From positions 25,711-89,710 of the forward strand of contig JAFXXN010000016.1 of the NCBI GenBank assembly GCA_017542245.1: a DNA stretch of 64,000 nt, read 5' to 3'. Origin of the DNA: Lachnospiraceae bacterium. GTDB lineage: Bacteria; Bacillota; Clostridia; Lachnospirales; Lachnospiraceae. Made by a program: the position numbers and the translations under genes. Position 1 is the stretch's first letter. The number at the start of each line of letters is the position of its first letter. This document shows positions 54,556 to 64,000 of this stretch, one piece after another. The notes below the pieces were generated by a model. The model had not been told where the DNA came from. It worked only from the letters and a program-made list of their open reading frames with translations, and searched no databases.

Positions 54556-55419
54556 ATGCAGATAATTAATGATAAAGTTCAATTATTTGAAGATCAGCCA
54601 ATTAGAACAGCATGGGTAGAGGATGAAGAGGAATGGTATTTCTCGATTGTTGATGTGGTGCAAGTGTTGACTGAAAGCGCAGATGCAACGGCTTATTGGA
54701 GAAAAATGAAACAGCGCCTAAAAGAGGAAGGAAATGAAACCGTGACAAATTGTCACGGTTTGAAAATGACGGCGGCGGATGGAAAGAAACGTTTAACAGA
54801 TGTGGCTAACACAGAGCAATTGCTACGAATCATCCAGTCAATTCCGTCAAAAAAAGCTGAACCGTTTAAATTATGGCTGGCGCAGGTTGGTCGAGAACGC
54901 ATTGAAGAAGTCATAGACCCGGAATTGACAATAGAACGTGCGCTTGAAACATATGCTAAGAAGGGTTACTCAAGAGAATGGATCAATCAGCGTCTACAGG
55001 CTATTCAGGTACGTAAAGAACTTACGGATGAATGGGACAAACGAGGCGTGAAGAAAGGTGTAGAATATGCTATCCTTACGGATGAGATTTCGAAAGCCTG
55101 GTCTGGAATGACAACGCGAGAATATAAGAATCTTAAAGGGCTGAAAAAAGAAAACCTTAGGGATAATATGTCTACATTGGAACTTGTCCTTAATATGTTG
55201 GCTGAAGCTACTACTACAGAAATTTCAAAACAAAAGCAACCGGAAACTTTTGAGGAAAATCGTATGGTTGCAATTGAAGGCGGGGAGGCCGCGGGAGAAG
55301 CAAGGCTTGCCGTTGAAAAGCGTACCAGCAAACCGGTTATCACGAGCAGAAATGCTACTCAACTACAGAATATAGTTACCGGCTTACTAGAATCGGAAGT
55401 TAGTAATGACGAGGCATAA
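54556..55419 (+). CDS. Bro-N domain-containing protein (phage antirepressor-like)
   Basis: The N-terminus FEDQPIRTAWVEDEEEWYFSIVDVVQVLTES plus AEPFKLWLAQVGRERIEE is typical of the Bro-N family. Confidence 0.75.
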   Translation: MQIINDKVQLFEDQPIRTAWVEDEEEWYFSIVDVVQVLTESADATAYWRKMKQRLKEEGNETVTNCHGLKMTAADGKKRLTDVANTEQLLRIIQSIPSKKAEPFKLWLAQVGRERIEEVIDPELTIERALETYAKKGYSREWINQRLQAIQVRKELTDEWDKRGVKKGVEYAILTDEISKAWSGMTTREYKNLKGLKKENLRDNMSTLELVLNMLAEATTTEISKQKQPETFEENRMVAIEGGEAAGEARLAVEKRTSKPVITSRNATQLQNIVTGLLESEVSNDEA

Positions 55420-55868
55420 ATACAATGATGGGGTATGATATAGAGCTTCGCTATGTTAAGATGGAAGAATGATTTGTGTCAACGGTGTTGTCACAAAATG
55501 TGATTTAACGGAAAAAGGATTGATATGCAAGATTGGCATCTCAATCATAAAGGATATTGAGGTCACAATTTGTGACCTCAGAGCACAGGAGTTTTTAAGG
55601 TTCCAATCTGGAACTTCAAAAACGGAGGTCAGGGAGATAATCGTGAAGCAGCAATTTGCGACTTCACAGGAATTCTTATATTTCTTTTTATGTAAACGTC
55701 TATAAACAAATGATTCAATATCCTGAAATGGAGAGGGATATAGATATTATTTTTGCAACAGAGATTGATAAAAAAAGAATCGAAGGGCTAATAGAAGATT
55801 AAAGGATAACCGAAGCAACAGATATAGAAATGTAATAATATAAAAATTCTAAGGAGAGAAATAAGAAC

Positions 55869-57035
55869 GTGAGAAATAAGAACGTGAGAAATAAGTATCC
55901 TTTACTGTTTATACTTTGTACTTGTATTGTATTGGGAGTTACCGGCTGTATTGGGTCGCAATATACAAAAGAAGATGAAAAGTCAACCTTGGATCTTGGC
56001 AAAAAGATGATGCAGGAATGGCTGGACAAGAATTTGAAGGGTGAGAAAGTATCCGATAATGGATTAAGCGTTCTTAAAGACGGACTTTTGGGAGGGAACT
56101 ATTATCTTTCCAATCTTGTAGAAGGCACTTACTCAGATAATGGTGAGAACTTCACATTTATCATAAACACCACATCCGGAGCTGTATACAGTTCAAAATA
56201 TTACCGGGAGTTTAGGGAGAGTGCCTGGAATCTGTTTTTAAAGGAATTAAATTTTGACGAAAATGAAACAATCCCTGAAAATTCGGAGAACAAAATGGAT
56301 GGCAAAGACCATTTGTCTGTTTATTACTATGTGGATGCTTCATTAAAGGAAGGAAAATATAACAAGGAAGCCGCTAAACAAATGCCTTTCCCGAAGGAAG
56401 TACTGCCGATAGAAATCGAAGATGCAGCCGGTTATGTAGAAAATTTCAAGAGCAGAAATCCAATAGAGATATCGGGATCGATACATTTAAATAAAAATGC
56501 CGATCTAAGCGCCGTTAAATTAAATGTCCTCATGGATGAAAAAGATAAAGCAGGGATAAATATTTCCAACATGTATATATATGACGATGATGAACATATT
56601 GTTGATTATGGGACATCGTTGATTTACAAAAAATTCGACTATCTTGATATGGGTGATTACAAGCTTTATGCTGTAGTGGAACAGAGAAGTGATAAATATG
56701 AAAACGGAGAAATAAATCATACTGAAGCGAAACTTGATACAGCAAACTATCATCCGATTACGGCTTTGGATTCCGGATATGACATAAAACCTGGACCAGA
56801 TGATGAGATACATCAGGAATTCAATATCATTGCAGAAGCGGATTCTGAGATAATTAAGTATAACTATAATCTGGAAAATGTGAATAGTGAAGGAGTTTAT
56901 GTAAAGGCTGATGAATGTTACTGGAAAGACAGAGGCGATGGAACGTATGTTCTTGCTATTGTTGGAAAGGACATAGTCAATTTCGGTTTTAATTACAGGC
57001 TTACAGTAAGGGAAGAGTTCTCCATTAACAATTAG
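55869..57035 (+). CDS. lipoprotein of unknown function
   Basis: GTG start follows AAGGAGAG. Lipobox LGVTGC. No recognised domain. Confidence 0.65.
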   Translation: MRNKNVRNKYPLLFILCTCIVLGVTGCIGSQYTKEDEKSTLDLGKKMMQEWLDKNLKGEKVSDNGLSVLKDGLLGGNYYLSNLVEGTYSDNGENFTFIINTTSGAVYSSKYYREFRESAWNLFLKELNFDENETIPENSENKMDGKDHLSVYYYVDASLKEGKYNKEAAKQMPFPKEVLPIEIEDAAGYVENFKSRNPIEISGSIHLNKNADLSAVKLNVLMDEKDKAGINISNMYIYDDDEHIVDYGTSLIYKKFDYLDMGDYKLYAVVEQRSDKYENGEINHTEAKLDTANYHPITALDSGYDIKPGPDDEIHQEFNIIAEADSEIIKYNYNLENVNSEGVYVKADECYWKDRGDGTYVLAIVGKDIVNFGFNYRLTVREEFSINN

Positions 57036-57078
57036 GCACTATAACCCAAGATTTCCCAAAATGTTTTTTATGACTTGT

Positions 57079-57105
57079 TAAGATTATACCATAAAAGACC
57101 GATAT
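57079..57105 (+). promoter_or_regulatory. sigma-28-type promoter upstream of the 876-aa secreted protein
   Basis: TAAG-15 nt-aCCGATAT, 58 nt upstream of the ATG at 57163. Confidence 0.55.
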
Positions 57106-57162
57106 ATATACTATAATGATGATACTGACATTAGAGAAAATTAGTACCGGGAGGTTTAGTAT

Positions 57163-59793
57163 ATGAGGAAAAGAATAATTAGTATGGTATTAGCTGCTAC
57201 TATGATTTTTAGCATATTTTCTGTCAGCTTGCCTTCAGTTGTTTCTGAAGCCAAGAATACTGTTTATCAGGATAATGAGCTTTTGTACTGGAGAATAGAC
57301 AGTGGCGGAGAAGAGCAGTCAATCAAGATTAAAACATCAAATATTCCCATAAACTTTACATATACTAAAGCTTTGGAAGATACTATCCCTTATGATGGCG
57401 ATAAGAGTTACTATGTGGATGAGAATCCGGGAAGCAAGAAGAGCTATGGAGATACTTTATATAATGCCGGTGTTTTGGAAAAAACAGGAAGCGGAGAGAA
57501 TGAGGTATTATTCCATAGAAACGCGCTTGATCCTAACAACATGTTAAAATTTTCTAATTGGGCAAAAAGAAAGCTGCATTATTTTGGATCCTCTACTCCC
57601 CAGCAGTTTATTCCCGAGTCGGATTATTATGGCAAGCCGGTTTATGTTTATGATGCAGATGCGAAAAAAGGCATAGATGGACTGCCTAATATCTTAACAG
57701 AAACAGGAATGCTGGACTATAAAGTAAAGTATAACGGAAATGCGATTCTTATTCCCAAGCAGCCGATCACTTATTATACAGATGTTCAGGGTGATCTGGT
57801 AGAAGTTACTTCTGACAGTGACATTAAGCTTCAATATGCGGTAGAAAAGTCATCGGTGCGTGCATCGCAGATTAAGTGGATATTAGGAACTAATACCACT
57901 ACTGTCAGACTTGAAGCCGAATATACATATACCAGGCTTGTACCTATGACATCAGGTGAATACAAGGAGATAATATTTAAGGGTGAATATGTAGCAACTA
58001 ACGGAGAATCACAATACGGAACATATGGCCGTACAGTTTCCCAGGATAATGATACCAGTATCCCTGTTTATTCGGGCGGAGAGCTGGCTTCATATAAAAA
58101 CTTTGGATCATATAAAACAAATGCATATGATTTCATTTCCGGCAAGAATATTCAGATTATCTCAAACTGCCCTGTAGTTTCCGTTAAAGAAACCGTCAAG
58201 TATTATATGGATGTTGAATGCTATATCATTGATACAGATATGGTGAAGGACGACGGGAAGGATAAGAATGTATATATAAAAGACTTCCTGATGGACAACA
58301 TTTCAGTTGAAGAATATCGTTTTGTAAAAAATCAGAGTACATTTTCTGTTAAATATGATTATGCAACAGGATTTACGGTAAAAGGTGTCAGCAGGAATAC
58401 GGATCTTGTTTGGCTGAATGGTACTCACGTATCGGAAGCGGCTACGGGATTTTCCGGGGAGCTTATTGAGTGGTGGGCCGGACAGTCTTCAGATCATCAT
58501 TATTCAACCCCGGATAACCTGAATAAAGATATCCATATTGAAAGGTATCTTGATTATGGCGTAACGATGCATTTTATTGATGTTAACCGGCCCGTAAAGG
58601 TAGTTACCATAAAGATACCGGCGCGCAAAAAAGCTCCTGAATTAAAATTCAAAGATGTAGACGGTGTCACCACGATTTTTGGATTTAAGCCAAAAACAAC
58701 TGCAATCCGTATGTCAGATACAAATGGAAAATATATTACTTTCCCGGCAAAATTAACAAGCGGAGCCAGTGCTGTACTCGGAACTCCGTATCTGATGGCA
58801 GGAGATTCAGATAAGAGTAAATACGGAGATCAGAGCTTCTATGTATATAACGGAGGTGAAGGAGGAAAAGGAAAGTATATTAGCGTACTAGACCTTTTCG
58901 GATTGACAGATAACCAAAACTTTAATACAGTCAGAGGAGCATATATAGAGGCACAGAATATTGCAGTTAAGAAAATGGCACCTTCGAGAATATCTGCTCT
59001 GTATATCAATCCTCAGGAAGTATTTAATACCGGAAGATCAAATTCTCAGGAGTCTATAATTCTTGAATCGGGCTATATTACCATATCTGATGCAGATAAG
59101 AGTAATGCATATGAGTATGGCATTCCCGGGGACGGAGGAATTGTAAAGAGATGGTATGCTATAAAGTCTCCAAAGAGGACTAAAGTAAAGGGACTTAATG
59201 ACGGCACAACTATTTATATACGTAAAAAGGCCATCACAACTAATGACAAGTCACTTTTCCTTCCTTCAACATATATCGCTTTGACATATGATGGTAAGGG
59301 AGTCGGAGTTCCTAATGCATACTACATGGATGATTATTATGTAAAAGGCAATGTGACTGTTAGTTTGGTAAATGATACAAAGTCAGATATCAAAATAAGC
59401 GGCACTACAATGAAAAATGATGAAGTAATGCCTTTGCAGACTAATGATGTTGTTTACAGAAATTATATCTACAAGAACAGGCTGGCTCAGGGACTTAGTG
59501 GGAAATCCGTAATAACAGTGCAAGCCGGAAACAAAGAGATAAAATTAAACGGGATAGATGATTGCCGGATTTCTCTCAGTGCTCTTCTTTTAAGATTAAA
59601 ATCAGAGTATGGAAACGAGTGGACGACTGCATACGAGAAGTATGGAATTACTTCTATTTCTGTAAGCATTGTAGGATATGACAGTAGCTTGATCACAAAG
59701 GCTGATGACCAGGTATTCAAAAAAGTATATAAGGTTGGAGAAACAGAGTATGAATATCACCCGGTTCATTTGCTCAGATATATGATGCAGTAA
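57163..59793 (+). CDS. large secreted protein (876 aa) sharing the C-terminal module of secreted proteins A/B
   Basis: Signal peptide MRKRIISMVLAATMIFSIFSVSLPSVVSEA. An ordered motif set is shared with A/B: KAPELKFKDVDGVTTI, ISVLDLFG, AVKKMAPS, YEYGI, RW and IYIRKKA...LPS. Confidence 0.8.
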   Translation: MRKRIISMVLAATMIFSIFSVSLPSVVSEAKNTVYQDNELLYWRIDSGGEEQSIKIKTSNIPINFTYTKALEDTIPYDGDKSYYVDENPGSKKSYGDTLYNAGVLEKTGSGENEVLFHRNALDPNNMLKFSNWAKRKLHYFGSSTPQQFIPESDYYGKPVYVYDADAKKGIDGLPNILTETGMLDYKVKYNGNAILIPKQPITYYTDVQGDLVEVTSDSDIKLQYAVEKSSVRASQIKWILGTNTTTVRLEAEYTYTRLVPMTSGEYKEIIFKGEYVATNGESQYGTYGRTVSQDNDTSIPVYSGGELASYKNFGSYKTNAYDFISGKNIQIISNCPVVSVKETVKYYMDVECYIIDTDMVKDDGKDKNVYIKDFLMDNISVEEYRFVKNQSTFSVKYDYATGFTVKGVSRNTDLVWLNGTHVSEAATGFSGELIEWWAGQSSDHHYSTPDNLNKDIHIERYLDYGVTMHFIDVNRPVKVVTIKIPARKKAPELKFKDVDGVTTIFGFKPKTTAIRMSDTNGKYITFPAKLTSGASAVLGTPYLMAGDSDKSKYGDQSFYVYNGGEGGKGKYISVLDLFGLTDNQNFNTVRGAYIEAQNIAVKKMAPSRISALYINPQEVFNTGRSNSQESIILESGYITISDADKSNAYEYGIPGDGGIVKRWYAIKSPKRTKVKGLNDGTTIYIRKKAITTNDKSLFLPSTYIALTYDGKGVGVPNAYYMDDYYVKGNVTVSLVNDTKSDIKISGTTMKNDEVMPLQTNDVVYRNYIYKNRLAQGLSGKSVITVQAGNKEIKLNGIDDCRISLSALLLRLKSEYGNEWTTAYEKYGITSISVSIVGYDSSLITKADDQVFKKVYKVGETEYEYHPVHLLRYMMQ

Positions 59794-59892
59794 ACCTTTG
59801 ATATAACAAAATTGAAGATGCGAAGCATCGCTTTGTTACCGAAGAAACGCTGAAAACGTTTTCGAGGTGGCATTGAATTATGGATAAAACAT

Positions 59893-59955
59893 GGGGACGA
59901 TTCTAAATGTTGACTAATGAAATGTCGACTATAGAATCGTCTCCATATATTTTAT
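59893..59955 (+). terminator. long-stem Rho-independent terminator
   Basis: GGGGACGATTCTA...TAGAATCGTCTCC forms a 13-bp stem with one wobble, followed by ATATATTTT. Confidence 0.6.
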
Positions 59956-59983
59956 TAAAGTATTTCTTTTCCTTTCCTGTTGC

Positions 59984-60084
59984 CTTCCCCCTCGAGGGGA
60001 AGGTGACCAAACGAAGTGAGGCCGGATGAGGTGTTACAATCATATATACCTCATCTTTCAGCTCCTTCTCAAGGGGAAGCTTTG
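59984..60084. repeat. structured intergenic repeat, short copy C plus inverted partial copy
   Basis: CTTCCCCCTCGAGGGGAAGGTGACCAAACGAAGTGAGGCCGGATGAGGTG, then ACCTCATC...CCTTCTCAAGGGGAAG in the opposite orientation. Confidence 0.7.
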
Positions 60085-60286
60085 TCTAAAATTTTAATAT
60101 GGAAAAATACTCAGGAAAGTGGTAAAATACATATAAATTCTTTATAATTCCATAAAAGTATGTTGAGGGGGAAGTTTCTATTTGTGTGATGAGCAAATGC
60201 TTCCGGTGCAAGCTTGCTTGTACTGAGACGGAGTGAAGATCATCGAATAGCAATCAGCCTACTAGATTACGCTGCAGGAGGTTCTC

Positions 60287-62575
60287 ATGAGATTAAAAAT
60301 TTCCGGTTTTGTATTAGCACTTTTAGCTCTTATATTACTTTTACCTTGCTGGAATCTATATGCCGGGGACAGCCCAAGCTGGCATTCCGGAGGACCGGCC
60401 AGCGATTATTATGATTATTTTGAAGAAAACAGTGTATGGTATATTATTACACAAAAGCCCCAAGGAACAAAGCATGGCAAAGTATATGCTGCAGGAGCTC
60501 GGGACAAGGTGACAAAACTGGTAATACCGGGTTCATTAAAACATGATAAAAAAGATTATGATGTATTAGGCATTAACGACTGGGCTTTCTATGACCATCC
60601 CGGAATAAAGAGCTTGGAGATAAAGGAAGGCATGACTTATATAGGTGATAGTGCATTCTGTCAGTGTAATAATCTCACTACAGTAAAACTTGCTGATTCC
60701 ATAAACGAGATCGGAAATTTCGCCTTTTCAGATTGCCATAGCTTGAAGACTATAAATATACCGAACGGTTTGAAAAAAATACCTATGTTGATGCTTGCAA
60801 ACTGTACTTCGCTTAAGAAAATTGAACTTGGCAAAAAAGTGACATCCATAGGCGAGTCAGCTTTCGCCGGATGCGAAAATATGAAAAACGTAAAATTCGA
60901 TAAGGCGCTAAAGGAGATAGGAAATAGTGCGTTCAACTATTGTAAGAGCCTTTCTTCAGTTAAATTTACCTCAAATATTACAAAAATCGGAGAACGTGCC
61001 TTTTCATATTGCCAGTCGCTGAAAAAAGTGACATTGCCGAAGAAGCTAAAGGTAGTTAGTGCAGAGTGTTTTTCGTGGTGTGACAAGCTTAAGACAGTAA
61101 AACTTCCTAAAGGCATAAAAGAAATAGGTCAAGGAGCATTTGAATTCTGTTCTGCGCTTGAAACTGTAAATGGTACAAATTCAAAACTTGAATCAATAGG
61201 GGGCAATGCATTTGGACAATGTGAGAAGCTGAATTCAATAAATATTTCAAATGTGAAAGAAATCGGAGAAGGTGCTTTCTATCATACTTCTTTAGTCAAA
61301 ATAGATTTTGGTGAGAATCTGGAAATGATGGGAAGAAGTGCTTTTTCAGAAACAAAGCTTCAAAACGTTACTATCCCCGGTTCACTAAAAGAAATCCCCA
61401 CAGGAGCATTTTCAAGCAGTACAGAATTGAGCAGCGTAACCCTAAAGAAAGGAGTGGAGAGGATAAGTGATGCTGCTTTCTATAACTGCAAGAAATTGAT
61501 GGATTTTAACTATCCTGATACCGTACATTATGTATCGTATAACAGTTTGGAACATACTCCGTGGTATGAACTCGCATTGGGTAAGTTCTATGTGACAGAT
61601 ATGAGTGGCAACGGTTACTATTCTTACAGTCATAATGGGGCGGATGACTATTCTAAGTGCCCTGAATATTTATGTATTAACGATGTATGCATATGGATAG
61701 ATAAATATGAGAGATTTATAAACAGTTATGGCGTATGGGCAAGCAAGGTAAAGGAAGAGCTGGTATTCCCTGATGTTAAGGTTATAAGCTGTTCCGTCGG
61801 TTCGGAAAACGAGCTGAAAAAGATAGTGATACCCGAAGGAGTAGCAGAGCTTGACGGATCCATAAGTATGGATTCTACTGGTGCTACCGACCCGATAGAG
61901 ATAGTGCTACCTTCTACATTGAAAAAGCTTACTGCCATTATAAAAGGTCGTAGATTTAAATCCATAGTTTTACCTGAGAACCTTGAAGTATTGGGCGGAC
62001 AGAGATATGGCGGTCCCAGTGGATTTAGTGGCGCAGGGAGTCTGGAATCAGTAAAATTCACCGGAAATAAGGTTAAAAAAATAGGAATTGCATGTTTTGC
62101 CAATACGACCAGCCTAAAGGAAATATACCTTCCGGAAGGTATAGAGGAATTGGATACTAGAGCCTTTGCTGATTCAGGGCTTGAAAGTATTATACTTCCT
62201 TATACATTAAAGAAAATCGGAGTCAGTGCATTTGCTAACACTAAGCTTGAAAAAATTGAGCTTCCTGACGACCTTAATGAGATTGGGCAGTATGCATTTT
62301 CAAATACAAAGCTCTTTCTTGTAACGACTCCCGGGAACATAAAATATGGGGATGGCAGCTGTGTATTACCGAGAGATATAAAGTTTGTTGACTGGGGCGC
62401 ATTTGATAATACCGAACTCAATAAATTTATACTCCCGGATGATTTCGAGATAGAATGTAAAATTACAGATGACATGAATGCCATAATATATGTAAAGAAG
62501 AATTCAAAAGCCCATAAAGCATTAAAACAATTCTTAAACGGATACACAGATATGTGGAAGATTAAGTTTAAATAA
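60287..62575 (+). CDS. leucine-rich repeat (BspA-like) secreted protein
   Basis: It has a signal peptide and many 23-25-aa repeats of the type I..IG..AF..C..L..V.LP. Confidence 0.85.
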   Translation: MRLKISGFVLALLALILLLPCWNLYAGDSPSWHSGGPASDYYDYFEENSVWYIITQKPQGTKHGKVYAAGARDKVTKLVIPGSLKHDKKDYDVLGINDWAFYDHPGIKSLEIKEGMTYIGDSAFCQCNNLTTVKLADSINEIGNFAFSDCHSLKTINIPNGLKKIPMLMLANCTSLKKIELGKKVTSIGESAFAGCENMKNVKFDKALKEIGNSAFNYCKSLSSVKFTSNITKIGERAFSYCQSLKKVTLPKKLKVVSAECFSWCDKLKTVKLPKGIKEIGQGAFEFCSALETVNGTNSKLESIGGNAFGQCEKLNSINISNVKEIGEGAFYHTSLVKIDFGENLEMMGRSAFSETKLQNVTIPGSLKEIPTGAFSSSTELSSVTLKKGVERISDAAFYNCKKLMDFNYPDTVHYVSYNSLEHTPWYELALGKFYVTDMSGNGYYSYSHNGADDYSKCPEYLCINDVCIWIDKYERFINSYGVWASKVKEELVFPDVKVISCSVGSENELKKIVIPEGVAELDGSISMDSTGATDPIEIVLPSTLKKLTAIIKGRRFKSIVLPENLEVLGGQRYGGPSGFSGAGSLESVKFTGNKVKKIGIACFANTTSLKEIYLPEGIEELDTRAFADSGLESIILPYTLKKIGVSAFANTKLEKIELPDDLNEIGQYAFSNTKLFLVTTPGNIKYGDGSCVLPRDIKFVDWGAFDNTELNKFILPDDFEIECKITDDMNAIIYVKKNSKAHKALKQFLNGYTDMWKIKFK

Positions 62576-62766
62576 TATTTTATAGCTAATTTACATCTGA
62601 AAAACGCCGAGCAGATAGATAGTAAAGAATATACTTTACCTTTTGTTGCAGATACCAGAAAGCTATACAAAATAGGAGTCGCATTTGATTCGAAGAAACG
62701 AAAGTTGATAGGATGGGAAGTTGGAGAGTAAAAGTTTTAAAACCGTTTGTGCATAAAAAACGACCA

Positions 62767-62802
62767 AATAACCCGAGATGTTGCATTTCGGGTTATTTTT
62801 TT
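62767..62802 (+). terminator. Rho-independent terminator
   Basis: AATAACCCGA-loop-TCGGGTTATT followed by TTTTT. Confidence 0.75.
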
Positions 62803-62866
62803 GAGCAAAATGGTCGATATAAATCTTATAGTATACTGACCAATGACTGCATCAAGGAGGAAACAC

Positions 62867-64000
62867 TATGAGAAAAGCATTATCTGCAAAATTTTTCATA
62901 TGCGCGTTACTGCTTATTTTGTGTGCTCTTCTTTTGATACCGGGTAGAACTACACATGCTTTTACCGGAAATGATAACCCTGAATACGGATATGCATTTG
63001 CATATAGACTGAATTCCGAGATTACAACTCTTTCCTATGATGAGTTCATGGCTACAGTAAATTCAGAACCGCTAAATTTTGGTGGGACCATAACGACAGA
63101 AAAAATTGTTTTGGTTGAGAGCGGTATTTCGCGCATTACCACAAGAGATATCTATAATGTCCGTGAAGTGACATTTAAGATATATTTTCCTCATATTACT
63201 ATTACATCAGAGATTAAAGATGATGCCGATGTGACCGGATTTATCAGACTAAAGAATTCACCTATCACGGGTTACAAATTCCGTTATGAGGCAGAAAGAG
63301 ATGCAAATGACAATGTAGTGGTTTTAAGAACCGGAACCTATGATAACCTCACCATGCAGATATACCTCAGTAAGGAGCAATCCGTTTGCACGCCATCGAC
63401 AGCATCGGTAAAAATAGAGGTGTTTGACGGAACGGCATGGCATGACATTGTAATGCCAACGGGCACCAATTATAATATAACTTCGGTTGAAGACACATCA
63501 GCATCTCCGGATCCGGCACTTGCAAGCGGGCTTTCGGCAAGTATCGATGATTGCAGCATAAATGCCGTTATCAATCGCGCAAATAATGATAGAACAGGTG
63601 TGACCATACACCTTTCGGGTGCTAAATTTACTTTGAATTCCGGAAGAAAGTATCATGATGTAACAAACTGGTTTACAAATCTTCCCGAAGGTATGTATGC
63701 TATGGTTAGCACAAATGTTACTGATGAAGATCCTTCCACTGTTCACATTATTTTTGCAAGATGGATACGTGCCAGTGTCAGTATGAGCCGGCCAAGTACA
63801 GTAGAAACAGGACCGATTACTGTCACGGTTCCTTTTGATGATATTACCGCCCTTGACGGAAGCAGTCCGTGGTCAGGACTTAAGGGTGGAGTAGTTGTCA
63901 GTAAAAATACAAAAGCGGTTTACAATTTTCTTACTGCTGAAACGATGGCTGCCAAAGATACTCCTCTGATTGTTTCTACAACTCTTTCAGGAACACAACA
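62867..64000 (+). CDS. secreted protein of unknown function, 3' end outside the window
   Basis: ATG follows AAGGAGG. Signal peptide MRKALSAKFFICALLLILCALLLIPGRTTHA. I translated the frame by eye and it is open to base 64000. It is absent from the ORF track because no stop lies in the window. Confidence 0.7.

Noticed and set aside
55469-55705. 78-aa ORF with recurring VT.CDL and SQ..TS motifs.
   Set aside because: It looks like scrambled pieces of an ORF6N/KilA-N-type gene. It has no SD, so it is probably a remnant rather than a functional gene.
60214-60414. 66-aa ORF overlapping the start of the LRR protein gene.
   Set aside because: It is out of frame with a well-supported gene and overlaps it, and no SD is present.

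Overview
This 64-kb chromosomal window comes from a low-GC Gram-positive anaerobe. Gene content and protein signatures look like Clostridia, probably Lachnospiraceae, but the taxon is my inference only.

**Layout**
- 1-22.3 kb: tail of a sugar ABC transporter, a lipoprotein, a TetR regulator, a peptide (Opp-type) ABC operon with two paralogous binding proteins, uvrC, addB-addA, a SAM methyltransferase and hslO.
- 22.3-36.7 kb: late flagellar block. It reads flgM-flgN-flgK-flgK'-(GC-rich repeat spacer)-flgL, fliW-csrA, flaG-fliD-fliS-orf, flagellin, then a LicD-fusion gene. Most units are preceded by TAAG-N15-(G/t)CCGATA(T/A) sigma-28-type promoters. Several leaders carry GGA-in-hairpin-loop motifs of the CsrA-site type.
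- 36.8-43.6 kb: the most unusual locus. Two convergent, distantly paralogous secreted-protein genes (664 and 905 aa) have 5' ends forming a perfect 65-bp inverted repeat covering the pre-ATG spacer, the ATG and the signal-peptide codons. Only one copy has a consensus SD, a leader and promoters, including a sigma-28-type one. A tyrosine recombinase gene sits 76 bp from the silent copy. I predict a recombinase-driven inversion that swaps which coding body is expressed.
- 57.1-59.8 kb: a third secreted protein (876 aa) shares the C-terminal module of these two and also has a sigma-28-type promoter.
- 43.6-51.3 kb: DUF234-type ATPase flanked by three long palindromes, a GH10 xylanase, an NfnAB/GltD-like pair and guaA.
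- 51.4-64 kb: a decayed integrated element at the guaA 3' end, followed by a run of large secreted proteins. The element holds a frameshifted integrase, a 33-aa holin-like toxin, XRE regulators, a degenerate HigBA-like pair, an HsdS scrap and a Bro-N protein. The secreted proteins include an LRR/BspA-like protein.

A structured intergenic repeat family with GAA-triloop hairpins occurs at three or more operon ends. I recognised no tRNA, rRNA or CRISPR array.
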